Origin: Vicugna vicugna
Taxonomy: Eukaryota
NCBI GenBank assembly: GCA_013265495.1
Contig: MU058221.1
Span: 930,001 to 994,000, forward strand
DNA: 64,000 nucleotides
Reading direction: 5' to 3'
The translations under genes and the position numbers were made by a program. The notes beneath the pieces were generated by a model, which had not been told where the DNA came from, did not search any database, and worked only from the letters and a program-made list of their open reading frames with translations. This document shows positions 25,335 to 38,129 of the stretch, one piece after another (the stretch's first letter is position 1; every line of letters starts with the position of its first letter).

Positions 25335-25740
25335 TAGCCGTGTTCTAAATGGAGATGTACATTCGCTGGTTTAATTCTTTTCACAACCCTGTGAGGCGTG
25401 GGTCTAGTGTTATCTCCATTTTACAGAAGATAAAACTGAGGCTGGGGGAAGTCAAGTCACCTGCCTAGGATAAGGCATAGCTAAGATTATTTATTAGTTA
25501 ATTAATGTATTTATGTATTTATTTGAAGGATAGTCAGTTACATTGTGTCCATTTCCAGTGTACAGCACACTGTCCCCGTCATGCATACACATACATATAT
25601 TCATTTTCATTACAGGTTATTACAAGATATTGACTATAGTTCCCTGTGCTATAAAGAAGAAAGTTTTTTTTTTAATCTGTTTTTTATATATGGTGGTTCA
25701 AATGCAGCAATCTCGTTCCAGAATCTGCTTTTCTTAACCG
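25335..25740 (-). mobile_element. MIR interrupted by an L1 3' fragment
   Basis: CACAACCCTGTGAGG...CTCCATTTTACAGAAGATAAAACTGAGGCT...AAGTCACCTGCC; resumes at GGTTCAAATGCAG (~25694). Confidence 0.8.
25490..25690 (-). mobile_element. Camelid-type L1 3' end
   Basis: TCAGTTACATTGTGTCCATTTC...TAGTTCCCTGTGCTATA is the reverse complement of motifs in the copy at 8137-8622. Confidence 0.85.
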
Positions 25741-27439
25741 TGAATAATGCTTGGCTTTAGCAAGGCCATCCGCTAGATCCCCCCGCCTGCTCACACAGTG
25801 CAGAGCTAAGCAGAGGAGAGCAGGTGGAGTCTGCCTTTGCCCGGATACCCAAATACAGAGACTGGATCAGATGAAAATAACGCATGAGCCCTGGTTCTCC
25901 GTCAGGTGGGGAGCGTCCTTCAGGCTCTGGATGAAGCAAGGCACCAGCGTCAAGGCCAAGATCGCACCACCCCAGGGCTTCTGCGCGAGGGCCCACCCTC
26001 TGTTTCTCCTGCCACATTCTTTGCTTAATTGGAGATTGTGAGGTTGTTTAGTTTTGTTTTGTTTGAGATGTGTGACATTTGTCTCAGGCATCCCTTCTCA
26101 GTACTTTCCATGGATACACAAAAGAGAAAGCCCTTTTTCTAAAAAAAAAGTATAATTATCCAAAGGCTGGGGGCAACTGCTCCAGGTTAACTTATTTCCC
26201 ACAACCAGCACTGAGCATAACCAGAAGGTGGAGACGGCTTTTTTTCCCTTCTAGGTATTTTGGGACCTGACAGTAAGCATGAAACGCATCATTTCCCTCA
26301 AAATTCCTGAACTGCTTTAAAGTTGTTGCGATTTTTACTACCTAAACCTAGTGTGTAACTCTGATTTCTAACCAGCCTTCTGAAGATAATGAAAAAGTGT
26401 TCTAAAATTTCAAGTGAAATGTTATATGTTATATGTTTCAGGTCAATGGACAGCTAAACATTCCTAAGTCTGACTTCAATAAAAAAAGATGATGGGTGGG
26501 CGAAGTACGTGACATACGACCCTAGATGGGTCTCACTAATTTGAAGTTGCTGGTGTTTTTTTCCCAGTATGATTTGGCCAATCGTTATTCCAACTGTGAG
26601 GGAATAAGAGGAGCTTTTATTTCTCATTTGATTTCCTGCAAGGCATTGGATTGTAAATCGAATACCCTGCGTGAGACTTTTTGAGACTTCATGAAGTAAA
26701 CAAAAAGGCAAAGAAAGGAAAATATGAAATATAAATGACCATAAAACAATACATTTTTGAACAGAGAAACATCTACAGAAGTATTTTTAGAAGACATATT
26801 AAGGCGTGTGATTAACTTTCCATTCTACTTGAAACTATTAGAAAGTAAATCTTGACATAGATTCCAGAGAAAATAATTACATTATACATTGAAAAGATTT
26901 TAAAAAAAATCATTACATATTACATTGCCTGGTATAGTTTAGACACAAGATGCCATGGCGAAGTACCTTTTATCCTTCTGTAACTGAATGCAAATCACTG
27001 TGGTATGTATCACGTTCAAAATCATATTTTAAAAGTGTATGGTCTCATTAATGTATTTAGAATGTATTTCATTTCATAGACAAACTAATTAGCATTACCT
27101 GACAATGATAAAACTTGTTTTTCCCCTCCCCCAAACACTTTTTTTAAATCTAATCCAAAAATTCAAGTTCTTAGGTTAAATACCATGAGATTCTAAGTTA
27201 CAATGCATATATATAGTATTTAAATATTTTTGTATAAGTGAGGTCTTCATCTCAGATGAAAATCTGGAAGACTGCACGGGAGATTTTTTAACTAATGTGG
27301 ATGATAAGTAAGTATAGAAAAGAGGATGTCAAAGTCATGAGAAGAAGATGTGAGTGAAGTTTCCTTTTTGGAGAGAAGCTCTCGGCAGCTAGTGAAGGGG
27401 AATGACCTTGAGTAGGATCTGAAACCTAGATGAGTGAAC

Positions 27440-27597
27440 CTTATTTTGTAATAATCTTTTATGAAAATGAATGTGAAGACAGATGTGTGGACCTGTGTGC
27501 ACGGCTGGGACGTGGTGCTGGACACCGGAAACTGACACATTGTAACTGATGGTACTTCAATTAAAAAAAAAATACATACACATTAAAAAAATTTTTT
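27440..27597 (+). mobile_element. Camelid-type L1 extreme 3' end with TSD
   Basis: GAAACTGACACATTGTAACTGA plus A tail. TSD AAACCTAGATGAGTGAAC (27422-27439) / AAAACTAAATGAGTGAAC (27598-27615). Confidence 0.88.
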
Positions 27598-28759
27598 AAA
27601 ACTAAATGAGTGAACTAAAAAAAACTTGCGGGTAGCTTTCTAAGGTAGCTGTTCTTATGGAAATTACTGGTATGAATAATGAAACAAGCTTATCTACATG
27701 GTACATCTTACTAACATTATTTCTGGACGCAAGCCGACCACGTATAGCTGAGATAATAAGTGTCTTTCAGAACAGCTTGAATTTATTGATTGTCTGTTAT
27801 GAGTCAGAGACTCTGTTTGGTAGAGGTATTTTTCTTAATACTTCAGAGTAAGGTTTTGCTTTGTTTTTACATCATTGCTGACTCAGTCTTAGAAGGTTTG
27901 TCTAATACAAATCGTACGAATGGTTAATCATTAGCCCACGGCATAGTGAAGTCCACCTGGGCTGCACTTATTCGACTGGTTTGAGCGTCACTGAAGGGTG
28001 TCTAGACGCATAGGTTAAGAGAGAAGTGATGTCCTTGGCAGTAAGTCGCGTTTGAGACACCCAGTCAGGTCTTTGCCTACTGGGTAAGCAAGCACTGCAG
28101 TTAGCAACAGATTTCTCAAGCAGAATTATTCATATATTTTAACCGGGTCACTTATCTGCATCTGAAGGTATGGCTCCATCTTAAAGCCTGGTCTGAGGCT
28201 GCAAAGGGCTACCCATGAATTCAAGATTGGTCTAAAGCAGGAGGACTTTTTTTGAAATTTATAGTTTATTTTTATCTCTTAAGAATCTCTTTCTCAAGGC
28301 TAAGAAAACTCCCCAGTTGTTAGCCATTATAATAGAATTTGCTTAAATTTATAATTATTAGTATGTTAAGTAGAAACACATTTTAGATTACATAAAACAA
28401 TTTTAATGCTAGAAATGATAACTCTAATTTTAAAACTCTTATTTCATAAACTATAAATGCTAAAAAGTTAAAAAACAAATCTGAGGTTTTTTTTTTCTTT
28501 GTATTGATAAGCTCACTTTCCCTTCATTGTTTTTAACAGTCAGTGAAGAGCAGTCTTGCAATCACTGAATTTAATTATTACAACAAATTTACCCAAGCAC
28601 AGAGAGATGTTAATGACATGTTTATAAATAGAGAACATTAAAGGATATCCAGGCATAAAACCTTTGCAGATAGAAAGGCCAGGAAAACTCAGGTTAACAA
28701 AAAAAGCCCAATGAATCAGAATCTCAAGTAGAATTAAAATAAGTTCCACAATTGGTTTC

Positions 28760-29420
28760 TGTTCATTGAATTATTTGCAATGTTTAATGTGTTCCTCAGA
28801 CCATGCTAACTTTTGAAATTTATTTTTAAGTAACTTTTGTGTGACAGACAATTTACAAGACTCTTAGATATTAAAGATAAATACAGTATAGGTTTTTACT
28901 CCAAGGAGCTCAAAGCTAAATGTGGAGAACAGTATATAAACAAAGTTTTGTTTTTGTTTTTTTTAATGGGTCCTGTAATATACATGGGGAAGGACACAAA
29001 GAGCATAGAAAGCTCGAGTGTACGCAAGAGTGGACCACTGATTTACTCTGGAAACTTTAAATGAAATTTGAACTGGATCTTAAGTGAGGGTGATTTTCCT
29101 AGCAGATTAAATAGGGCAAAGTGCAGTCTACATCGAGGAAAAACTGTGACCAAAGACCCAGTGAGTGAAGAAAGGTGTGATGTTCCGTTATAGTTGTGAA
29201 CCGAAGGATTCCCGTTGAAAAAAAAAAAAAATGAGTAATGGCGATGAACGGAATTCTAACTCAGAGAGAAGGTTTGCAGTCAGATCACAAAGATGACGAA
29301 GAGGTTCAGAGTTTGGATGTTGCCTGGGAGAGAAAGGAAGCCAAGGACTTTTCAAGTCAGGAGTGCGACGTAAGACTTGTTCTTTAGGAAGACAGCCCTG
29401 GAGGCACCCAGCAAAAATGC
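28760..29420 (-). mobile_element. L2 fragment
   Basis: Antisense L2 pattern: TTCATTGAATTATTT..., CTCCAAGGAGCTCAAAG, ATTTGAACTGGATCTTAA, GCCAAGGACTTTTCAAG. Confidence 0.55.
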
Positions 29421-31241
29421 AGACTGTCAGCTTCATCCGTGTGCTTTCTCAAAGGAAGGGCTGCAGTTTAAAAAATAAACTAAAACTTCTTTTACGCTTT
29501 CTAGGAACAAACTTAATAAATGTTCAGGGGTTGTTATACAGGTATGTTTCTATTACGATTAAGTCATGATGACAACTTTAATTGACTGTTGTTTCCCATT
29601 GGCTGGAAGATCCATGTTCTTCCAACTCAATAGAGCAAATTCACAGAAATAAAGAGTAATGGTAGTTATTCTTATGGAAGTTAAAAAAGGATATGAACTA
29701 AAGGATTTTGCAAGCAAATAAAAATTGAGTATGCGTCTCTTTCCCTTTTTACTCTAAGAAAGAAAGAGAAAAGACAGAGGGACAAAGAGAGAGAATGTTG
29801 CCTGTCTCAGGAAAAAATTAGTAAAAATATATTTTCCTCAAACATTCTGGCAAGGAGATTTTTGTGTAAGAAATTGTATTTTTTTTGTGATCACCTTAAA
29901 AAAAGACATGGCATAATATTATGGATTATGAATTATAAAGATGGATCCACTATAATTGCATATTTCTTATGAAAAAGTGATATTATTAAGCAAGTTAAGA
30001 ATTTTTTTTCATTTTACATATATGGCATGATTCATAATTGGCTTATGTATACTTTTAAATAAGCTCACTGAGATGAAGAAATAACACCAAAGAGATATGC
30101 CATTTTGTGTTTCACAAAAATGATAATGTCTATTTTCAACTCTTGTGATAAACATCCAAAAATGACAGGTCTATATTAGGAACATTCTACTTTTTTTTGA
30201 ATGGAGAGAGACTTTCAGAGACACCACAGCATTCAGTAGGAATGTAAAACTAAATAGCCAAGTATTTTAATTCTCACAAACCATTTACAGCACATCAAAG
30301 GACTGTGTAAATACCAGTTAAAGAAAAAAAAATTAAAATTAAGGGGAAAGAACAGCATGTTGAAAATTTAATGGAATCTTAAAGTGACATATTTTCAGAT
30401 CTATCAAGCAAAATGACAAGCTGTTTTTTAGTACAAGGACAAATACGAATTAATTTCAAATACTATGATCTAATCAATAACAGAATGTAATAAACTGATT
30501 TATATCTTTTCTTCTTACACACTCATTTATAGTCTTTGCTATGTTTGAATCTCGAACCAGAGTGAGTCTTACACAAAGCATTTATCTGGTTGGCATGGAG
30601 CAAAGGGCTTTAATAATCCGTATCGATCTGTGACCACATAAAATGTTATAGAACATTACCCAAAGTCTACTATTCTGCCTGACAGATATACGTATTACTA
30701 ATACATACAACGGTGATTAAATGGTCAAAATGGCCTCTATACATCTTGATTTTTCAATACTACCCTGTGTTGTTTACTTCTGATCTGTGCAGATTGCCTC
30801 TGGTCCAGAAGACTGTAATCTGACCTTGTGCAAACATTACCCTTTGGTAGCAGGTAACACATGCGTTATAGCCACAGGTGGTCCTTCAGGTTTTCATTTT
30901 CAAAGAACTGCAATTTCTCCATAATTTACCCATCTTTCTTAGAGGTCTGCTGTTACTGTGATTTGGCGAACTGGAAACTGATGTTCAGAATATTTAAACA
31001 ACTATTTGTAACACAGACTCTGATTTATGATTGCACAAATCAACAAAGCAACAACCAGGGAGAGCTTGTTCACAAAGGAAAGCTACTTTATTTTAAATAA
31101 TTCTGCTATAGGAAACGTATTCAACATTTAGAACAACATGCCTCTTTAAGAGTTTTCTCTATTTCAAAAACGTGGACCACAGTGTCTGAGGAAGAATTAT
31201 CATGGGTAGACTTGGAGCAAGCCTAAATGATTTAGTATCTC

Positions 31242-31270
31242 AAAAAACAAACAAACAAACAAACAAAAAC
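31242..31270. repeat. (AAAC)n microsatellite
   Basis: Direct reading. Confidence 0.9.
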
Positions 31271-32636
31271 CCCACAATAAGCTCCTCTTACAATAAACAG
31301 GAGCTGTATGAATGGATCAAGATGGCAAAACTTATATTCTTAGATTTCTAACTCCTAATGACTTTCATGGATGCTTCCACTCTTTTATCTTTCTTAGTAT
31401 TCTCGGTATGATATTTAAAGAAGATTTAAAGTGTGATAAGAGATATACGTTTGTATAATAAAGGTTACAAGCCCCTTGCTAGAGACAATACTACCTTGAG
31501 TTTTAGATGATTTCATATTTTATGAAAGGTGATTGAAATTATTCAACTACTACAGAAACATAAAGACATTATATCATAAAAGATTTGAATCTATTATAAT
31601 GGATCTATTTCATCAAGGCCACCCAACTTAAGGGAACTAATGACAGATGCCTATGATATTTATAGATATAAAAATCATATGCATTTTTTTTGTAAGTGTG
31701 AAGTGGCGTAGGGGTAGCAGACTCTGGTACATATCCTCCCAACCCAACATCGTAAGCCCAGCACAGTCCTGAAGGGCAGCTCTGCTTCTCCACTCATCAT
31801 TAAATCATATACAGGTTTTAAAAACGTTGAACATTAAAACAGGATTGAAAACTAAGATAGAGAGATTATGCCTTTATGGCTATGGAATGACTCATCCAAA
31901 CAATCAGATAAATAGATCCCGATACAGTGCTATATGAAATAAATACGGGTAGAATCATGAAATAATGGTTCCTGAAAATAATGAGGCGAAGGTTTAACCC
32001 CTCCCTTACTGTCCACCATTGTTTTCAAATGCCCAGGAACTGCACCACAAAGAAAGCTGGCCACCCATCTTTTGTTCATGGTTCTCAAACATATTAGTTA
32101 CCTGCAACACAAAGTATCAGCAGTGGAGAAGCAATGTGTCCAAAAGTGACTTTGGGCTCAGCCTTGCTAGATGGTCAGTATAGGAAAAACAGAAGGATGT
32201 GCCCATGTACAGGAAGATCCAGAACCTATCCCACTTACACCTGTTTGTGCTTTCGACAGTTATTTGAAGACTGTGTCTGACCAAGACATCAAGTAAAATA
32301 AAGAATTGAAAAGTGAAAAAAATACGTTACAAAAATGTCAGGCAACGTTGATTGAAACATTACATATTTGAGTAATGCTCTTCATCAATTTGAAATTAAA
32401 AAACCTTAATATAAAAATAACAACATGGGCAAGTACAGTATCTCTATAGAGATGTATATTCTTCTAATATAAGGGTATATACATCAAGGAGTGAGAAGAG
32501 GAGAAGTGCATTCTGGGAGGTGGCGTCCACAGATGAAAAATGCTTACAAGAAAATGATACTTCTGTCATTACAAGAACTTGACTAGCAGTTCCTGAAATA
32601 AATTGTTCTTTTTCCAGCACATCTTACTGAAAGGTA

Positions 32637-34728
32637 CAAGGTACCTCACAGATAACTGCAGGTTTAATTCCAGACCACCAGAATTAAGCAAATATGCCAG
32701 TAACGCGAGTCACACAGTTTTTTTGGTTTCCCAGTGCATGTACAGGATGTGTTTGAGCTATACTGTAGTCTTTTAAGTGTGTCTGAAAAATGTACATTCT
32801 TTATTTTAAAAATACTCTGTTGCTAAAAAAAAAAAGCTAACCATCATCTGAACCTTTAGCAACCCTTAATCTTTTTGCAGGTATAGGATCTTGCCTTGAT
32901 GTGGATGGCTCCTGACTGATCAGAGTGGTGGCTTCTGATGACTGGGTGGCTGTGGCAATTTCTTAAAATAAGACAACGAAGTTGCCACATTGAATAACTC
33001 TTCCTTTCACTAAAGATTTCTCTGGAGCATGCAATGCTTTTTGGTAGCCTTTTTACCCACAGTAGAACTTTTTTTTTCCAAAATCAAAGTCCATCCTCTC
33101 AAACCCTGCTGCTCCTTCTTTATCAACTAAGTTTATGTCATACTCTAAATACATCCTTGTCATTTACACAGTCCTCAAGGCATTGTCACCAGGAGTAGAT
33201 ATCATCTCAAGAAACCTATTTCTTTGCTCATCCATATGAAGCAACTCTTCATCTGATCATTATTTATCATGGGATTGCTTCAATTCAGTCACATCCTCAG
33301 ATCCCACTTCTAATTCTAGTTCTCTTGCTGTTTGCACCACATCTGCAGTTACTTCATCCACTGGAGTTTTGAACCCCTCAAATTCATTCATGAGAGCTGG
33401 AATAAACTATTAACAAACTCTTCTCAATGTTGATATTTCTCCCTATCCCATGACCTCTTCCCTCTTCACAAAGGGTCTTCATAGCATCTAGAATGGTGAC
33501 TCATTTCCAGAATGTTTTCAATTGACTTTGCCCAAATCTCTCAGAAGAATCCACTGTCTACGGACGCTATAGCTTTACAAAATGAATTTCTTAAATAGTG
33601 CAACTTGAAAGTCAATTTCCCTTGATCCATGGGCTGCGGAATGGGTGTCATGTTAGCAGGCATGAAAAAAACCTCATTGTGCGTCTCCATCAGAGGTCTT
33701 GAGTGACCAGGTACATGGTCAATGAGCAGCAATATTTGAAAGGATTCTTTTTTTTTTCTGAGCAATAGGTCTCAACAGTGGTCTTAAAATGTTCATAAAC
33801 TATGCTGTAAGTAGACGTGTTGTCATCCAGGCTTGGTTGTTCCATTGACAGAGCACAGACAGAGTCAATTTCGTGTATTTCCTAAGGGCATTAAGATATT
33901 TGGAACGATCAGTGAGCACTGGCTTTAACCTGAAGACACCACTGCATTAGCACCTATCAAGATAGTCAGCCTGTCTTTTGAAGATCTGAAGCCAGACAGT
34001 AAGTTCTACTCTATCACTAGGAAAGTCCTGGATGGAATCTTCTTCCAACATAAGGCTGCTTCAACCACGCTGAACATCAGTAGTTCTGCACGGCCTCTTT
34101 CATCATGTATCTTGGCTGGGTCTTCAGGATAACGTGCTGCAACTTTTACATCAGCACTTGCTGCTCCCCCTTGTACTTCCATCTTACAGAGACGTCTTCG
34201 GTCCTTAAACCTAAGGAACCTACTTCTGTTCGCTTCAAACTTTTTTTTCCCGCAGCTTCCTCTTCTCTCACAGACTCTGTAGAATTGAGGACAGTTGGGG
34301 CCTTGCCTTGGATTAGAGTTCAGCTTAGAGGGATGTTATGTCTGATTCGATCTTCTCACCAGAGCACCCTCCCCATAGAAACAGTGTATCATCTGTGTAT
34401 TTCCTGGAGTAGCACTTTGAATTTCCTTCAAGAAATTTTTATTTATATTCAAAACTTGTCTGACCCTTTAGCGGAAGAGGCCTAGCTTTTGTCCCATCTT
34501 GGCCTTCCACGAGCTTTCCCCACTAACTTTAATCATTTCTACCGTTCATTTAAAGTGAGAGACATGTTACTCTTCCTTTTAGCTGAACACTCAAAGGTGA
34601 TTGAGGGGTCACTAGCTGACCTAATTTGAATAGAATTATGTCTCAGATCCTAGAAATAGAGATGGGGAAGTGGCCAGTCAGTGGGGTGTTCAGAACACAG
34701 AGCATGTGTCATCTTATAAGGCACAGTT
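32637..34728 (-). mobile_element. Tigger1 DNA transposon (pogo family), about 2.1 kb, one end missing
   Basis: ORF 33541..33765(-) [10 protein letters not shown]...[16 protein letters not shown] is the pogo/DDE_1 transposase motif. The terminus (TACCTC.CAGATA.TGCAGGTT..TTCCAGACCACC) matches Tigger1. Confidence 0.92.
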
Positions 34729-34729
34729 T

Positions 34730-37700
34730 CATACAAAAAGAGGATATTAACACTTACTAAAATATATATATACCTAACACTGGAGCAACTAAATATATAA
34801 AGCAAATATTAACATATATAAAGGGAAAAATTGACAATAATATAATAATAGTCAGGGCCTTTAACAACCCACTTACATCAATGTACAAGTCATCCCAAGA
34901 GAAAATAAAGAAAGAAAGAACAGTCTTAAGTGACAGATCAGACCAGTTGACCTTAACAGCTATCTGCAGGGCATTCAATAAAAAAATAACAGAATACACA
35001 TGTTTTTCAAGTACAAAAGGAATGTTCTCCTAAGAGATCACATGCTAGGCCACAAAACAGATGTTAACAAATTTAGGAGGATAGAAATTATGTCAAGCAT
35101 CTTTTCCAATCACAACAATATTGAACTAGAATTCAATTACAGGAAGGAAAATGGGATGGATGCAAACACCTGTAGACTAAACAACATGCTACTAAAACCC
35201 AGTGAGTCAACCAAGAAATTAAAGAGGAGATATAAAATATCAGAGACAAATGAAAATGAAAACACAGCTTTCCAAGATCTATGGGATGCAGCTGAAGCAG
35301 TTCAAAAAGAAAGTTTATAGTGATACAGGCCTAAGCCAGGAAACAAGGACCATCTCAAAGAAACAGCGTAACTTACCATCAAAAAGGAATAAGAAAAAGG
35401 AGAACCAACAAAGCCAAAAGTCAACACAAGGAAGACAGTAAAAATATCTGTGAGGAAATAAATAAAACAGAGGCCAACGGAAGAATAGATCAATAAAACC
35501 AAAGAGTGTTTTTTTGAAAAGATAAACAAAATTGATAAGCCTTTAGCCAGAGTCATTAAGAAGAAAAAGAGAAAGAGAACACAAATAAACAAAATAATAA
35601 ATGAAAGGGGAGCTATAACGTCTGATATCACAGAAATACAAAAAAATCGTAAGAGAATACTGCAAACAATTATATGCCGACAAAATGGAGTCTCTACAGA
35701 AAACTGAGAAATTTCTATAAACATTCACTCTTCTAAGACTGAATCAGGAAGAAAAAGAAAACGTGAACAAACAGAATAGAACAAACACTGAAAATGACTT
35801 TGCTATAAATAAAATCCCAGCAAAGAAAAGTTCAGAACAACACAGCTCCACAGGGAAATTATAGAAAATATATAAAGAACAGCGAATATCTACCCTTTTC
35901 AAACTATTCCAAAAAATTGAAGAGGATGGTACAGTCTTACATTGATTCTACAAGACCACCATGAATTACCCTGACACCAAAACCAAACAAAAACACGACA
36001 GAAGGGAAAATTATAGGTCAACGTCTCTGATGAAAACAGATCCAAAATTCTCAGTAACATTTAAATAAAATACAAGCCAAATTCAACAATATATAAAATG
36101 AATCATGAGACACGATCAAGTGGGATTTATTCCAGGGACACAAGGGTACTCCAGTCCCCATAAAGCAATCACTGTGATGCGCCCCTTTAACTAAAGGAAG
36201 GGTAAAAATCAGATGATCATCTCAATAGACACAGTAAAAGCGTTTGACAAAACTCAATCATTTGTAATAAAAACTCTCATCAAAGTGGTACAGAGGGAAC
36301 AAATACCAACATAATAAAAGCCATTTATGACAAAACCGTAGCCTACGCGATAGTCAATGGTGAAAGCTGGAGGCTTTTCTTTTCAAGTCAGTAATGAGAC
36401 AAGAATGTCTCTTCTTGCCACTTCTATTTAACATAGTATTGGAAGTCCTAGCCACAGGAATCAAGTCTGAAAAAAGGCATAAAAATTGGCAGAGAAAAAG
36501 TAAAGCTGTCACTGTTTGCTTATGACAGGGTACTATACAAATGACATGATACTATTCAAAAGAAATCTAAAATCTCCACCAAAAATCTATTAGAACTAGT
36601 AAGTGAATTCAGTAAAGTAGCAAGATGCAAGATTAAAATACAGAAATCTGTTTCTCTTCTTTACACTAACAACAAACTATCAGAAAGAGAAACCAAGAAA
36701 ACGGTTCTGTTTAAAATCACATCAAAAAGAATAAAGTATCTAGGAATAAACTTAACCAAGGACGTGAAAGACCTATATTCTGAAAATTATAAAATTTGAT
36801 GAAAGAGGCTGAACATGATATGAAGAAATAAAATGATATCTAATGTTCATAGATTGGAAGAATTAATAGTTAAAGTGTCCACACTACACAAAGCAATTTA
36901 CGTATTTCATGCAATCTCTATATAAATACCCATGATATTTTCTTATAGAGCTAGAAAAAATAATCCTAAAATGTATATTGATACACAAAAGACCTCAAAT
37001 ACCTAAGGCAATCTTGACACAAAAGAAAAAAGCTGGAGGGAACACATGCCCTTTCTTCAGACTATGCAACAAAACTACAGTCATTAAAACAGTGTGGTGC
37101 TGGTACGAAAACAGACACACAGGTCATTGGAACAAAGCAGGGAGCACAGAAGTGAGCCCACAGCCTCATGATCAGTTAGTCTGTGACAAAGGAGGCAAGA
37201 ATACACAAGGAAGAAAGACAGCTTTTTCAGTAAGTGGTTCTGGGAATGCTGCACAGCTGCATGCAAGAGAATGAAAGTAGGGTATTTCTTATACCATATA
37301 GAAAACATAAACTCTATATGAGTTAAATACTTAAATGTAAGATCAGAAACCATGAAACTCCTAGAAGAAAGCACAGGGAGGGCAGGCTTTGACAAATTGT
37401 AGCAATACTTTTTTTGGATTCGTCTCCTAAGGCAAGGGAAGCAAAAGCAACAGTAAACAAATGGGACCTAATTAAACTTAAAATCTTTTACACAGCAAAG
37501 GAAACCACTGACAAAACAAAAAGACAAGTCACTGAATTGGAGAACGTAATTGCAAATGTTATGACCGATAAAGGATTGATATCCAAAACGTATAAACAAC
37601 GTACACAACCCAATGTCAACAAAAGCGAACAACCCGATTACAAATGAACAAAAAGCCCTGATTAGACATTTTCCCAAAGAAGACGTACAGATAGGTAACG

Positions 37701-38100
37701 GGCACGTGAAATGACGCTCAACGTTGTTAATCATCAGAGAAACGCAAGTCGAATCCAAAATGAATCAGCTCATACACGTCAGAACGGCTATCATCAAAAA
37801 GACCACAGATAACAAATGTTGGTGAGGATGTGGGAGAAAGGTGCACTGTTGGTGGGGGTGCAGATGGGTGTAGCCACTGTGGAAAACAGTATGGAGGTCT
37901 CTCAAAAAACTAAAAATAAAACTGCCATATGATCCAGCAATTGCTTTCCTGGGTATATATCCAAAGAAAATGAAAACACTAATTTTAAAAGGTACATGCA
38001 TCTCAGTGTTTATAGTAACATTACTTACAATAGCCAGTATGTAAAAGCAATTTAAATGCCCATCAACAGATAAATAGATAAGAAAGAAATGGTGTGTATG
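34730..38100 (+). mobile_element. L1 ORF2 pseudogene (endonuclease to C-terminus)
   Basis: ORF fragments DHMLGHKTDVNKFRRIEIMSSIFSNHN, QDLWDAAEAV, PKAILTQKKKAGG...KTVWCW and NKWDLIKLKIFYTAKET; many stops and frameshifts. Confidence 0.95.
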
Positions 38101-38129
38101 TATATATGTATTTATGTATACATAAAACT

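Noticed and set aside
33541..33765. Domesticated TIGD-like transposase gene
   Set aside because: A short fragment within a stop- and frameshift-ridden Tigger1 copy.
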